From Perna viridis (Eukaryota), in assembly GCA_037379345.1 (NCBI GenBank), contig CM074512.1, positions 64,253,597-64,317,596 on the forward strand: 64,000 nt of DNA, written 5' to 3'. The position numbers and the translations under genes are program-made. Positions 21,286-36,408 of this stretch are shown one piece after another; within the stretch, counting starts at the first letter, position 1, and the number at the start of each line of letters is the position of its first letter. The notes under the pieces are model-generated. The model worked only from the letters and a program-made list of their open reading frames with translations, did not search any database and had not been told where the DNA came from.

Positions 21286-24200
21286 TAAATTGTATGTGTA
21301 CTGTACTTGTACAAAATTTCTTCTTCTTAAGTCCAGCACATTTCCATTTTTGTATGCATGTGCTTATTATTAAGTATCATTTAAAATCTTGGTCATGAGA
21401 TGTTATACTGAGAAAATACATGTAGTAGTACATGTATTTGGCTAGTAATTAAGCTTAGCTCCTTGTGCTGTCCATTTTATAATGGAACATCTTGATGAAT
21501 CTTGGATCAATTTCATGATGTCACTTGAAGTCCTTACAAATTCATGTACATGTACATAGAACTAAATGTGGTAGGACCCCATTGATCATCACAATCTTTA
21601 AGTATATATGTATCAATACATGTACATGTAGGTACATGTATGTGGTTTTGCTCACCGAGGCACAATATTGCACTGTCAGCAAGTGCCACATTTTATGCTG
21701 CCCTTGTTGATATTTTATACAACTTTTTGCCATCCAATAAAATGTGGAATACACATTTTTGTTCATACATGTACAACAAAAAAAGCATGTGTCATTGCTC
21801 CTTTACAATTTCAAATCAGTTATGTTTTCTGCCAAGTTCATGATTCATAACACATGTGCATCTTAAAAAAACAAGTGGTAGCCTCACTAACAGGTTGTAA
21901 ATTTAATCTGGAGTTTGTGCATGCGCTTGTAGACCAAAGACATGAGGAAATGTTAAGTTGTGCGTTGACCATGTCTGGCCAAAGTTAATCAAGAAACACA
22001 GACTCTCTTATGTAGATACATCATCCTTTGTAGTTACCCGGTAGTAAACTTTTTGACTAATATCCTGATGTGTATCTTGCTTTGGCTAAATGTGTGTTTA
22101 TCAATGAGTGGCAATTTTAAGCCATTGAAAATAAATTCTTGTAAAAATGTATACCAGCTTGCATGCCATCTGCATAAATGTAACATACATGTATGTACAT
22201 ACACAAAAATGTATTTATCAATATATCTATTAATTAGCCAACATTTTTGTAAGTCAATTAAAGCCGTCTGAAAATAATTGACATGTTGGTTTTAGAAAGC
22301 ATGTGTTAAATGCATAATCTGTATTGATAGTGCACAAAAAATCGGAAGAAATAATTGTTATGCAATTACAAGGAAGCTAGTTCCTGTTGAGATTCTCACC
22401 AGATCAGGAAATTAATGGTGAATTGGTACATATTTTTGATTTCTTAACAAGGCACTTAAAACTTCATACACATGTACATGTACAAGTACTTTTTTAAGCC
22501 TGCTTTAGATTTAAAAAAAATTATGTTGTACATTTGTATATACATTGAACATGTATGCACTACATTACATTTACAAGTCTACATTTTATATTGCCTGAAA
22601 TACTTTATAAATACATAATCTGTACTATGTACATGTAGATGTAAAAGTTTCTCTATGTTACCTGTTTGATTTTTACTAATTATCCTTTTATCTGCATTCT
22701 AATTAAATTTTCAATATAAACAAATGTGATTTTAAATACAAATACATATATACATGTAGGTGCTATTTCACAGCTCTGCCCAGAAAGTGCTGGTCAAGCA
22801 TTATCTATACATGTCTACACATTTGTTTGCAATTAATTCTGCAGTAGTTGCAACATTTTTTTTTAAGATCAAAAAGGTACAAAATGTAGTTGATCCCCTG
22901 TACAGAGTTGTCAGTGTGAAATTTGTATGTAAATCTTGAATTACATGATACAAGTGTTTACATCTGTTGTACAAAGACAGACATAACACTGACTTATGTG
23001 ACCTGTGTGTCTAGAGGATTCATACAGATATTTGATTACTGATAATGATTTCTCAATTAGTTAATTGTTTCTGCTTTCAGTGTGTTTCAGATTGGTCACA
23101 TACATAGCATGTACAAATGTACATTGTCAATTTTTTTAAATCTGACAATGAAAATTGTTTTGATGGTTCTGTTACCTCTATTTACATGTATATAAATGTT
23201 CAGTAATGAGTCATGTACATAATACAATTTCCAAAAATGACCTGTTCAGTTACATGTACAATGTACATGTACCAGCTTCCGATAGAACAACATTGACTTT
23301 TGTTTAATTTCACTCTTCATAAGTTTTATTGTCTTTGTCACTATGACCTAGATTTTCGGAATCAATGTCAAACAATTTTTCTGTGTGAAAATACATGTAT
23401 GAGTGAATTTTTGAGTGTCTAAATATTCAGATTTAATATCTAATGCATCAGTGTGGTGTGAAATTCACACAGTTCTAGTATCAATTCAGGCAAATAGGAT
23501 TGATTTTTGACAATTCAATTTTTACAACCTTACACTGTCTGATGAACATGTATATTTACATTGTACATCAATGTGGAATGTACAATCATATCACTTGAGA
23601 TATCCTTTGTCAGATTTTTATCTTTGAATACTGGTAACTTTTTTGATTTGGCCATAAATACCTTAGATTCATGCATTACTTATAGTTTAAAGTGCACATG
23701 GAAGCAAATCGGTGTGATTCAGGGGCCAGACGTGAACAAATCTGACATAGTTTTGGTCAGGAAGTGTTGATGCATGCATCGCATGTCTAGACTCACTTAC
23801 CCTCAAGTAAATGTGTTTATTATGGTTTATTTAATTAATTCTGTGTTGTTTGGAGGTATTTACTGAAATTGATTTAAAAAAGAAATTTTATAACGATTGC
23901 ATGCAAGATTACCTGAAGTGTGCTTAAGGGTTATTATTTTTTTATTTAAAAACTAGGTCATATTGACAAGAGCCATTATATACTTTAGTCAATGTATTGG
24001 CATGTGTGTTATTAAATATAGATCAATAGCTTTGTTTATATGAGCAGACAAGTTGTTTAATATTAAGGAAATGGGAACAGATAGTTCACTTTTCAAATTC
24101 AGACATTTTTATAATATTCATGATTTATATCATGAAATAAGGCATGTACACAATAACACAGTGATTTAGTGAGGAGTGCATAAAAACCATTTAGAACTGT

Positions 24201-27200
24201 TGAGGACCATTCAAATTATACCTATTTTACATGTCCATCATGTAGTGGTAGAAAGCAAATGTTCTGAAGTTTATATACATCATATCTTTCTCCTCTTACA
24301 ATCATTGTGGTATGTGCCTGACAGATGGCAATGATGAGACAAAATCACATTCGATCTGACAGAATCTTGTTGAACATATAGGAAAAATGTCAACGAATGC
24401 CATTTGGTCCCACAGACTAAAAATCTATTTTACCCAGTCTAGGCAAGCTTATACTGCAGATCTGCTAAAAACCAATATTGACAATAGATAAATTTTTGTC
24501 ATTGATGCATGATGAGTATTGAACTCTTATGTAAAATGTGCAGGTACATGTATTCTTCAGCCATGGAATCAGCATGTGTAGAGTAAGCAGTCAATTAGAT
24601 AATTAAATGATGTGTGTCTGTAAGGAAGTCAGAATGACTGGGAAACTTTCTGCCAGATGTGAAACAGATTGTAGACTTGTTGCAGATCTTCTCTTTCTTT
24701 GAATCTTAATCAGTTGGCATTTGAAATAAAAGGGGGGACTTGGGAAAGTATTTTTGATATATTTGTTGAAAATGTATTGCATTCCATGGGTTTATGAATT
24801 TTGCCTTTTATATTTTTGTCCTAATTTAATCTTGGTAGATTTTTATACGTGTGCATGTGTTTTAAAGGTTGATTATAAAGTTGGAATTCTACATGTACTA
24901 CACTTCTGATCATCTATTGATTTTCTTTTTATATTTTTCTTTAATCCTTCAAATTCTTCACAGATGTACCACACTCAATTAGATTCTAAAGATTTGACCT
25001 GATTTCTGATTAATTGAGTAGAACCATATAGTGATTCATTGGTAATGATCCATTAAAACGCATTGAATGCTTTGATAATCATAGTAGTCAAGTACATGTA
25101 CACGAACCAGAACATGTATGAAAACTGTCATCCCACTTATATGAGATCTATAAACTGATAATGACCCACAAAGCCAACCCAGTCAACTATATTTTCTTAA
25201 TTCAATTTATTATCCAAGATTAGAATCTTTAAATCTCTGAACTTTCTGGTAATGATTATTCATGGTATCCCTCCTACTTCCTCTGTTGGTTTCTCCCTCT
25301 ACCTGTAAAACTTTACACATCAATAATGATTACTCATAGGTTGATCTGGGATGATTACACTAAACTCCTTGACCCTGAGGTTGTACTGAGGTTTATCAGA
25401 GTGCTCCAGGGTGCCTTCTTGTTTCATTGAGTTGTGGAAATGTTATATTTTTGAAAGCAGTATGAATTTGCAAGGTGTTCCTATCATTATTTTGGTGTTT
25501 TTGTAAAATGCAAATATTTTGTGTGGTTTGGTTTGATTATTTTCTGAATTCTGTATTAATTTTTCCTGTGGCTTTGAAAGGAAGGGCATGTGTAGATTGC
25601 AGTGTTAAAAATGTTTTAGAAAAATAGTATTTCTGAATTCCTTCTCTGGTGAAGTTTTTACTTAACTTTTGAGGGTGTTTAGTTTCTACATGTTAAAAAG
25701 AATTGATGCTCAAAAATGTTTTTTGATTATCGATTCTTTTTTTAAACTGGTGGACACTTCTGAGGTTGATGACTATGCATTGTTCGGTAAAGACAGCATT
25801 CTGGTTAATTCTGTCTGGTTTAAACGGGGTTTGTTTTAGACAGGTTTTGATCTAATGGACAGACTTTAGTTTTTGATGGTTTGTTTTAGACAGGTTTTGG
25901 GCTAATACAGGGTTTTGCTTAGGTGAAGGGTTTCTGGGTTTGGTTTTAACGATTGGGGATAAATTCAGACAATATACACTACATAAAATGCATGTTGTTT
26001 GTATGCTGTTATGAACTAAAGATGGAATATATAATATATACCCTATATTTTAAGTGAGAAGAACAAAAAACGTTACATTAACAATAATAACAACATGTAT
26101 AATTCTAATGTGAGAAAATATGCTACATAAGTTTAATGTGCTTTAGTTAAACATGTAAGCTATGAAAATATTTAACAAGTCAGACACAAGTATGATAAAT
26201 GTATTTATAAGCACTCTTGAAAACCCATTGTAAATAAGTGTAAGCAAGCATATAAATTGTTATCATGTATTCACTGTATTGTTAATGTATGTTGCAAATG
26301 GTTAGGGCTTTTATGTGATACCCTCCAAAAAAGTTGTGTGTTCCCCTGATACGTACTAGATGACAAGTTAAGAAGATATTGAAGGATCTTTTCAAACTTT
26401 GTTCAGTTATTAAGTATCAGGAAATACAGATCATATATAATACAATTTTTGAATGTACATAAACCTCTTATGTTAAAGTGAAGTAAAAAATATTGGAAAT
26501 ATTTATAAACAGATAGTCACTGACATATTACGTATGGATTTAAAAAAGATGTAAATAACTTAATTTGTTACAGAAAAGTTGTCCTTGGTATTTAACAAAT
26601 GAAATTAGGACAACAATTAAAAAGCTGTGGTTGAATTAATTATTAGAAGTCAGTTTCATGCATAATGAAAGGAAATATTAATTATGTCAAATCTTAGTTC
26701 ATTTGTGCAAACTATAATAGTCGTTCTCTAAGATCATGTTTTGATTTCCTTGTGGAATTTGAACCACTTACATAGTACTAAGAAGTGACACCATGAGTAA
26801 CTTCAATCTATTTTACTGTCAGTACTATGATTTTGATAAGAGGGAGCCATGTGTATAATCAGAACTGTTAAAGAATGACCCATTGAAATTTGGCCCATGT
26901 TCAAAATTTCAATCTCCTCTTTTTAATGTCTTCATTGTCACTGAGCCATCTCTGTTGGAACATTACTTAAACATTGCAGTTGACTTCTTTTTACATACTA
27001 AGTACATTTATATGAAAACTATTTGACATATCTATGGGTAAGTGGTCTGTCTAGCCTGTACATTGTGGGCTGAAGTACCCTCTTTGTGTGCCTTTTTATT
27101 TTCAGATCCCAGCTAGAACTCTTGAGTACTGTCTGTGTGAATAAAAAAAATTATGCCATTCTTTTATTATTCATGAACAGAAAGTCTTGAGGGTTTAAGA

Positions 27201-27621
27201 GAAACTAGAAAAATAATGTATAATGGATAAGAAGAAGCAGCAAAAAAAAAAAAAAAACATAAGTTAACACATAAAACATTAAAATTGAATAAGCATTGGT
27301 AATTCTACCAAAACATGGAGAAATATGTTGTTAGAATGGCATGGATCTAAAGTGAATTGAATTCCTTTACTGTGACTTTGTTTTTTTCATGGTCAGTTGT
27401 CCTTTTGCACAATAACAAAAGAAGACACCTACATGTACATGTAGGTCTAGATTATGAACTTGGTTCCAAAGATGAATATGTACCTGTATTGGTCCATTCA
27501 CAGATATCTACTCACTTTTCTTTTACCATACAGGATCATATAAATTCTGATTCTATACTGATTCAATATTCGATCACAATGAAGTTAATTTATTGATGGT
27601 TTGTAAATTTTCTATTTTCAG

Positions 27622-27678
27622 GGTCGCCACACTAAGACAGGACAGCTGGCTGCCATCAAAGTTATGAATGTCAATGAG
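27622..27678 (+). CDS. MAP4K4: Kinase exon 3 (GRHTKTGQLAAIKVMNVNE; catalytic Lys)
   Basis: 57 nt, phase 0-0. Confidence 0.97.
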
Positions 27679-28566
27679 GTATTTTTGAGTTCGTACTGTT
27701 CATGTACTGTAGTTTTGCTGTATTATAGTTGTTAGTACATTTCACTTGGACAATTTTGTCTTCTAATACATGTACATGTAACACTCAGCTATAGCCAGTG
27801 TGTAAAGGAAATCCACAAAAAAAAGCGAAGAAAAAAAAAACCAAACAAACAACAATAGATCAATAGATATAATGAAAATATGAGAAAGTGTCAGTTTTGT
27901 AGGACTTAAAAAGAAGTTTTGGCTTCCATGGAAAACTCTTAATGAAGATTGACTTTCCCACAATTAAAATCTGCTTCATGAAAGGAACAAATTCAAGTTT
28001 TCTACTTGCCTAAGAGAAATTGGAACATAATAAACAGCTTTCCCACACCAAGTGATGGTAAAATGGATTCCTAGAACACTGAAATATTCATTGAAAGATA
28101 TTGTAAGCTACATGTAGTAGATGGATCTAAGGAATCAGTTAAGCAATGTGTATACGTTCTTTACATAACTGTGCATGTGTGGTGATGTATATACATAATA
28201 CCATAAATGGTTAATTTTCGCAGTGTGCAAATTTGTCTGTCTAAAAACGCAAAAATAAATTCTGAAAAATATTCACTGTGGGCTTAGGCTTGAGTACTTA
28301 CTGCACCACTCTGTATCTACCAATATTAGAAATGCCAAAATTTTTTGTTAACCTTTTTGCAACAAAGTCGCCAAATTTTACACCATCCATAATAACAAGC
28401 CCTACGGTAGCAGTAATGAGTCTGCACATTTACAAGAAAACTGAAAAAAAAAAAAAACAAATGGAAGTATGTAAACAAAAAGGCATCCAGAAAAAGTATG
28501 GATCACTGTGGTAGAAAATACCTTTTGTAACTTTTTTTATACTTTCATGAACTCATATTTTTGCAG

Positions 28567-28611
28567 GATGAAGAAGAGGAAATTAAGCTGGAAATTAATG
28601 TCTTGAAAAAG
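28567..28611 (+). CDS. MAP4K4: Kinase exon 4 (DEEEEIKLEINVLKK; alphaC helix)
   Basis: 45 nt, phase 0-0. Confidence 0.96.
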
Positions 28612-28783
28612 GTATTGTATCAGATAAAAAAAGATTAACTTATATGGCATGTGTTTGTTGGAGTTATGTTGTACACACGTTTCAAGGATTAAGTTCTCAT
28701 CAGCGGCATTATAACAAAATACTTAGGAGGTTCATGATTCAGTAGTAAACTATATACAAGAAGTCATCAAAACCAAAATATAT

Positions 28784-28904
28784 AGTAAAGTGAAGTCTAA
28801 TCCAGCACTAATAGGAAATGAAGTAAAGTGAAGTCTAATCCAGCACTAATAGGAAATGAAGTAAAGTGAAGTCTAATCCAGCACTAATAGGAAATGAAGT
28901 AAAG
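28784..28904. repeat. Perfect 38-bp tandem triplication
   Basis: agtaaagtgaagtctaatccagcactaataggaaatga x3 plus 7 nt. Confidence 0.95.
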
Positions 28905-29038
28905 AAGCATTAAGTGAGAAGAGAGGAATTTAATTTTAAAACTTGTGTATAGTCTGCATCAAATTTTATGCATAATCCTCACTCCCATTTTAAATCCAGA
29001 GAGAAGTTAATGCTATTGTGGATGGTTTTGTGTATTAA

Positions 29039-29206
<168 letters not shown>

Positions 29207-29396
29207 TAAAAGCTGATTTTTATGATAATTGTAGAAAAAACCTGGTTTTAACTTTTTACCAAATGGTGAAGACTCAAGAAAGGGTAAGACACTTTCAATG
29301 CATGAAATCTGAAAAAAATAGAATGTTTTTTCAGGGGGGAAAAATGTCAAAGTTCCTACAGTTTGTGATAATTTGGGTTTTTTTATAGTGTCTTCC

Positions 29397-29581
29397 ATAT
29401 TTATGATTACTTTTGTGCATGTACATTTGCGATTACATTTGTCTGTGTTCATTTTTGATGACCTTTTGTCTGCGCACATTTGTGATGATCTTTGTCTATG
29501 TACATTTGTGATGACTTTATCTGAGTACATTTATGTTGACCTCTATCTGTGTACATTTGTGATGATCTTTGTCTGTTTCAG
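29397..29581 (+). repeat. ~26-bp minisatellite (~7 copies) ending in the exon 6 acceptor
   Basis: Consensus tttgtctgtgtacatttgtgatgatc; the last partial unit is tttgtctgtttcag. Confidence 0.85.
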
Positions 29582-29630
29582 CTTGTTATGGAGTTCTGTG
29601 GGGCTGGTTCAGTCACAGATCTTGTGAAAG
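29582..29630 (+). CDS. MAP4K4: Kinase exon 6 (LVMEFCGAGSVTDLVK; hinge)
   Basis: 49 nt, phase 0-1. Confidence 0.97.
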
Positions 29631-30020
29631 GTAACTGTATATTGTGTAATATTGAGTACCGTAATTCTTATTCTTAGATGGTTTTGTCAACATAAATAGC
29701 TGCAATGTTCAGACATACATTTGTGGAATCAGGCATTGCAGTATTCAAAATATTTCCTCAAAATATATACATGTACTAGTAAAGTGATATTTTTGCTGTA
29801 TTAGCAGTAATTTATTTAAAAGTATATTCAGAAATCAATTGAAGCATTTATTGCCATTTTGACCATTTCATAGATACATGTATTTGGTTAGTTATATTTC
29901 TCTGCTAATACTAAGTGTGAACTATGTTAATTTAAATAAGGTTTTATCCAGAACTGACAGAAACTGACAAATGGTTGAAATAAAATTGAAATGTATATGA
30001 TTTGTGTGTTTATTTTTCAG

Positions 30021-30082
30021 CAACTAAGGGTAACACATTAAGAGAAGAATGGATAGCTTACATAGCAAGAGAAATACTCAGG
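30021..30082 (+). CDS. MAP4K4: Kinase exon 7 (ATKGNTLREEWIAYIAREILR)
   Basis: 62 nt, phase 1-0. Confidence 0.97.
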
Positions 30083-30169
30083 GTAGGAAGGTTTTTAAAT
30101 ACTTATCCATTTAAGAGTCTTGCATGTTGTATACCTAAACTTTTTGTAGAACTTGCTGGAAAGTGTTAA

Positions 30170-30549
30170 TGCCCGTTTAAATGATCAAAGTTTGTCATCA
30201 AATGTTTTCCTAAGTTTTTTATGAGAACTTTGTTAAAGAAAACTGTCAAAGTTGTCTGTTTACATGATCAAAGTTTAGTATGGTAATTGAAATCTGTCAT
30301 GGACAGGAAAAAAATCAAGCACCTGATGTTCATTTTCTATTGTCATTCCAAAAACTCATTTTGATTGGTCAGATTCCATCATAGTCTGTTAAAGTCAGTT
30401 AAAAAATAGGACAAAGTTCCATTCCATTAAAGGATTTCAATGTACGTCAAATCTGGGGTTTTTATACCAAGGTTTACACGGTCAAAAAGTTTGTCAAAGA
30501 AAACTTTGACAAAGGTTTTGATGGAAAACTTTGATTGTGTAAACAGGCA
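30170..30549. mobile_element. MITE, PIF/Harbinger-like
   Basis: tgcccgtttaaatgatcaaagttt / aaactttgattgtgtaaacaggca TIRs; T(T/A)A-like flanks; internal copies of the terminal motif. Confidence 0.7.
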
Positions 30550-30956
30550 GTAAATCACGCTATGACACAAGCAATAGTGCTGAGGAAGTAGTGATGAAGC
30601 AAGATATTTTTATTCTTTGGACTTATGGCCAATATTTTAGTAATTTTATCTTCTTCCACTACCACCAATTTGTGTTGTGTATTTGGGGAATTTTCTATGG
30701 AGCATTGAAGTTTTTTCAACAGCAGAAAGTTGATATTTTTTATATTGTCAATGAATTTCTAGTACGTTTGGTTCTGCCAGATTCTTAGATGGATTTGTAT
30801 TAAGAAAAAATCAGCTCACACTGTGAATAATAAATAACTCTCATTCTAGCAAAACTTCAGTTTGACTTACTAAAAGGTGTTAAATGTTGTATAGTATTTA
30901 GACTCAGGATGTAAGAATGATGGTCAGGAAATTAAAAAACAAACAAAAAAAAAAAC

Positions 30957-31068
30957 AAATGGTATTCCTATACATCATACATGGCCTTAAAGAAAGGTCA
31001 AATAGAAATTGAAAAAAAAACAATGGTATTCCTATACATCATACAAGGCCATAAAGAAAGGTCAAATG
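30957..31068. repeat. ~64-bp tandem duplication
   Basis: aatggtattcctatacatcataca.ggcc.taaagaaaggtcaaat occurs twice. Confidence 0.85.
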
Positions 31069-31521
31069 ATATGGTGTCAACAAAAAACATCATTGCAAAT
31101 TTGGATATACTGTACATGTGTTTCAAGGCGTAACCTCACATCTGATGCATTAGAATCAAATACTTGGGAAGATCTCAATCCAAAAAAATAATTGTATACG
31201 AAAAGCACTTAAATCTAAACTATTGAAATGGATGCCAAATCCATCATCAATAGGTTCTACCATGTGCAATACAAAGAATGGAGGGATCCTCAGTGTTTAA
31301 GGTATTTCGCAATTTTGTGATACTGCAAATTTTGATAAATAAAATATGATATAATATGGGGTCAGAGTGTGCACTTGGTTTTGAGCCTGAAGACACAAAT
31401 GTGATTTTTATTGTCAATAAAAATACAGTGGTCTTCAAAAAAGTCAGTATACATGCAACATGGTTAGTTGTCCCAATATAGAAAAATAAAAGCAATATTT
31501 GGTGATACTCATAAGTGATAG

Positions 31522-31719
<198 letters not shown>

Positions 31720-32162
31720 TAGACTTTAATGTGCTGTGTCTATAAATAGATTCTTCTCTAGTAATGAGTGGTTTAAACATTTTTTTCCACTTGAGACAGT
31801 AAAATTACAATTTTCAACATGTGAGCTTTAGCCAGCATGTTAAAATATAAGTTTCACCATAGAGAATGGAGAAATAATTTAAATCAAGAATAGGCTGAAT
31901 GAGAATCAGTTTCTACCACGACAAGTGTAGAAAATTTGGAAAGTGTCAAGTGGCAGGAAAACTAACGCAGATATTAATTACTGCCTGGTGTTTAAAAAGT
32001 CTTGTGCATTTTTAATCACAAGTTTAGAATTGGAGAAATGATAAAACACAACAGTGAAATAATTCAATATTTCATATTCATATGTAGCCTGCAAATTTTC
32101 TTCATTAACAGTATTCTTTATGGATTGGAAAATCACAAGGCAAAACATTACATTTTGTTTAC

Positions 32163-32356
32163 GGAGGTAGACCTGGGGTAAGGGACACAACTCTTGAAAT
32201 CAGTGACATGTTTGTATTATATTCAATTTCAACAAAGCCTATCAAGCTTTCATTTGAAACAGCATGAAATTAGTCCAAGTTACTTTGATGCTTACATGAG
32301 ATTGATGAAAAATGCTGATTTGTAAGAGTTGTGTCCCTCACCCTAGGTCTACTACC
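32163..32356 (+). mobile_element. MITE, Kolobok-like family (copy 1)
   Basis: ~40-bp TIRs ggaggtagacctggggtaagggacacaactctt; internal sequence is the reverse complement of 42182-42392. Confidence 0.8.
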
Positions 32357-32763
32357 GTAAGAAAAATACCTTGATTGTTTTTTCACTGTGGAATGATCAT
32401 GTTTATATGTATTGATATATAATTGATAAAATATGCGTCAATTATAATGCAGAATAGATGTACTAGGATTAAAAAGATGTGAAGTGGAGTAACTTTTGCT
32501 ATCATTGATTAACAAAAAGAAAGTCTTCTTATTTATGTAAAAGAGAGCAAACTCTTTTGGAGGCTGCATAGGTTAAAGAAATACAATTCTAATATGAATA
32601 CAATCAATTATTGTATAATGCTGTGATCATGGCACTAATATTTTGAAATGTATGTGTATGTATTTAAAGGAAAGGATAGTAGTAAAGACATGTTGATATA
32701 CTGTTTTAAAATAGAAGTAAGGTTGTGTTGATATTTTATATGGTATACTGATACTGTATTTGA

Positions 32764-32862
<99 letters not shown>

Positions 32863-33796
32863 TAGGTAGTTATTATCTCCCAACAGTTATGGTATATAAA
32901 TCCGTAAATTTTCGCTTTGTAGGTCAGCCTGTCTTAAACATCCCCACCTTGACCTAATTCTTGGTGAACTGTACATAAAAAATGTGAGAGAAAAGTGTTG
33001 GTCAGCAAACAGACTTTCTTTCTTCATTGATTATTTAGTGTGTTGTCTTTTTGGTGTTCTGGGCATTGTTTTGTCTACTGATTTCTTACTTTTTTTCCTT
33101 CAGTTTTGCTTCTTCTTGAAAATATAGTAACAGGGTTTTGTCAGATTTTAAGCAATTTTTAATTTCATGAAATTTTTCTTCTGTTTTTGATAATTATTGT
33201 TTATCTCTTTTTCATTCATTATTTACAGGAATTAGATTAAATTATCCATGTTATTGTTACATGTCATTTATTTATATATACAAGCAAATAAAGTTAAGCC
33301 ATACCAGGATTTCTGAGATAATGAAGCTAAAAAAACATCTCAACATGCATTAAAAACCTTGTACAATGTTAGTCTGACTTTTTGAGTTTGAAGTTCAGAT
33401 TCATTTGTTATGAACTGAGTAAAATGGAAATTTCATAATCACTATTAGTCACTATCTCAGAGCTAGAAGTTTAAAAGGAATTACTTTGTTGAAACTGAAC
33501 TTCACATTACACAATTTCTAATTTGGGCTGTTCCATGGTGTGTGTTTTTGGGGCTAAAACTTGAGAAAGATATAAATTGACAGCTAATTTCAATTATCAA
33601 ACCATACATACAATTTTAGTTTTTTGTACCCAACCAATGTGAAAATAAAGGCTGTTTCCTAACCCTACCACAAGTCTTTATCTTTCCTGTACACAGAAAA
33701 AATGACATTCAGTCAGTAAGAGAAATTGACTAGTTGTGTCATTATATCTCAAATAAATTACATTATACTTAAGAATTGGTGATTTTTGACTTGTAG

Positions 33797-33854
33797 GATG
33801 GCACCAGAAGTGATAGCCTGTGATGAAAACTCTGAAGCTACTTATGATAATAGG
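33797..33854 (+). CDS. MAP4K4: Kinase exon 10 (MAPEVIACDENSEATYDNR)
   Basis: 58 nt, phase 2-0. Confidence 0.97.
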
Positions 33855-34098
33855 GTATGTTATACCAGGAAATAATTACATTTATTTTCCTTATAGTTGT
33901 GGCATTGATATGCCTGTTACAAATGTGCATAAAAGTCACATCAATTTAAAAAAAGGATACCTATATAAATACATAGATTAATGCAGTTCAGGAAAGTCTT
34001 ACATAAATGGTTTAGGGTATTTTATGGACAATATTGTGTATGATAGAATTTACTGGTTCTTTGGTAAATACTCTTTCTATAACTTTGTTTTATTTCAG

Positions 34099-34153
34099 AG
34101 CGATTTATGGTCTTTAGGGATAACTGCAATAGAAATGGCTGAAGGAAAGCCCC
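34099..34153 (+). CDS. MAP4K4: Kinase exon 11 (SDLWSLGITAIEMAEGKP)
   Basis: 55 nt, phase 0-1. Confidence 0.97.
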
Positions 34154-34401
34154 GTAAGTTTGTAACTTAATACACTTTTGTTGATTGTAAAAGAGGATTC
34201 ACATGTGGTAGGCAAAACCCCTATATGCTTAGTTAGATGATTAATTTATATTAAATTTGATATAATCTGTAGATATTAAGTGCAAAAATCATTGTTCATA
34301 GCATTATTGATCTTGTGTTAAAAAATTTGTTAATTCTAAGTCCTTTATAGAAAATTTAAATCTTTATTAAATAAATGTTGGTCATGGAATTCTGTTATGT
34401 T

Positions 34402-34750
34402 ATAAGTTCAGTAAATAAGAAATAACTCAAGATACATAGATTTAGGGAGCATAACTTTGGCAAGGGGAAAAATTATTTAAATTCTACCCCTGGTAAAAAT
34501 ACTCTTTAAATGCTATGATCTCGTGGTCAAAGGGAGGTAATTTGACATTTATGATAAGTTCATTAAATAAGAAATAACTCAAGAAACTTAGATTTGGAGA
34601 GTGTAAATTTGGCAAGTGGAAAAAAAATACTTAAATTCAACCCCTGGTATAAATACTATTTTAATGCTGGTCAAAGGGAGGTAATTTAACATTTATGACT
34701 ATTTTTTTTTGTGTATTTTCTGTTTGTCTTGTGGTCAAAGGATGATAATT
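34402..34750. repeat. ~152-bp tandem duplication plus a partial third unit
   Basis: ataagttca.taaataagaaataactcaaga... at 34402 and 34554. Confidence 0.85.
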
Positions 34751-35242
34751 CTACAAACATGACTATTTTCCAATTTACTCATAAAACCATAGGTATATGA
34801 TAGTGAAACTTTATTTATTTCCATATTAAGAAAATATTGAGTAGTAATTTAATTTCAGAATTAACATACTTTCTAATTAAATAAAGAAATTTCTCTGTCA
34901 ATCTCATAGACAAAATTGTGTAATGTTACTGTGGCACCATCATACTTGTAAAGTTTTAATATCAAAACAAAATTGTAACGAATGACTTTTATATTTTTTC
35001 TGTCTATATGAAATAATTTCAATGTCTGAAACTAACCTGCTTTAGAGGTTATTTATTGTAAGCCCCCTAATTGACGTAATTTCTTCATAGAAGAAAAAAA
35101 ATGAACAATCACTCCTTTTGAAGCACATTACAAATTTGAAATGCAAGAAATTATTTTAACTTTTATGGAATTTATCTGATTTATTATGTGCATCACAACA
35201 TGAGCACTGAATTGACATATGCAACAAATGATATTTAACTGA

Positions 35243-35350
<108 letters not shown>

Positions 35351-35575
35351 TAGGAAATACAAATCAATAAAGGCATAATTATATCATGCAACTTTTTTTT
35401 AAATGAAAAAATACTTCACAAACATGTGGTAAAAATGATAATATTGATTTCATATCTTTAATGTTATAAGTCATTTTAGGCAGTTAGTTTCACCTTGCGA
35501 GACTGTATTCTATAGTAAATTGAAAATGTAATGATAAATGATATTTTTGTAGTTGCAAGCATTTGAAGTTTTTAA

Positions 35576-35893
<318 letters not shown>

Positions 35894-36329
35894 TAATTTT
35901 TAATGCTGAAACTTTTTTTTACCTATCAAGGAATTCATATATTATCAGCAGATAGCCTGCTGTTTGTATATAATTATTTATTCAGAAACAAAATTTTAAT
36001 GTTAATGTTAATTTCAAATGTAAAATTCAACATGAGACATCTTGAATAACAGATGACATTTTCTGAACACTAAACAGAAACTAACAAAATAGATTGCCAT
36101 ATTTAAAAAAAAATGGCACAGAAAGTAAAGAATGTAAAAAGCAAAATATTATACAAAAAAAAAATGGAAAAGAAAAGAGAAGAAAGAGCATAAAAAATAG
36201 AAAAGGAGCTCAAGGTCATGCTCTTATATTTGGTCAAAGGGACATAACTCTTGCAAAGAAACAGAAAAATATGTTTTCAATTTGGAGCCTACAATTTGTA
36301 ACCCCTGATTATTTTGGTTAAATTTGAAG

Positions 36330-36408
36330 ATGACCATGACACAGAATATGAGTATGAGGGTAGTGATAATGAAGAAGAGGATGATAACACTGCACCTGGG
36401 GAACCAAG
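36330..36408 (+). CDS. MAP4K4: Exon 14 (DDHDTEYEYEGSDNEEEDDNTAPGEPS)
   Basis: 79 nt, phase 1-2; family motif EYEYxGS...GEPS; weak AAG acceptor, so the exact start is less certain. Confidence 0.88.

Noticed and set aside
28784-28904. 38-bp direct repeats as a CRISPR-like array
   Set aside because: Head-to-tail units with no spacers, inside a eukaryotic intron; a simple recent triplication.
36094-36321. Lys-rich ORF as a kinase exon
   Set aside because: A-rich low complexity with no pyrimidine tract; exons 13 and 14 already join in frame with conserved motifs.
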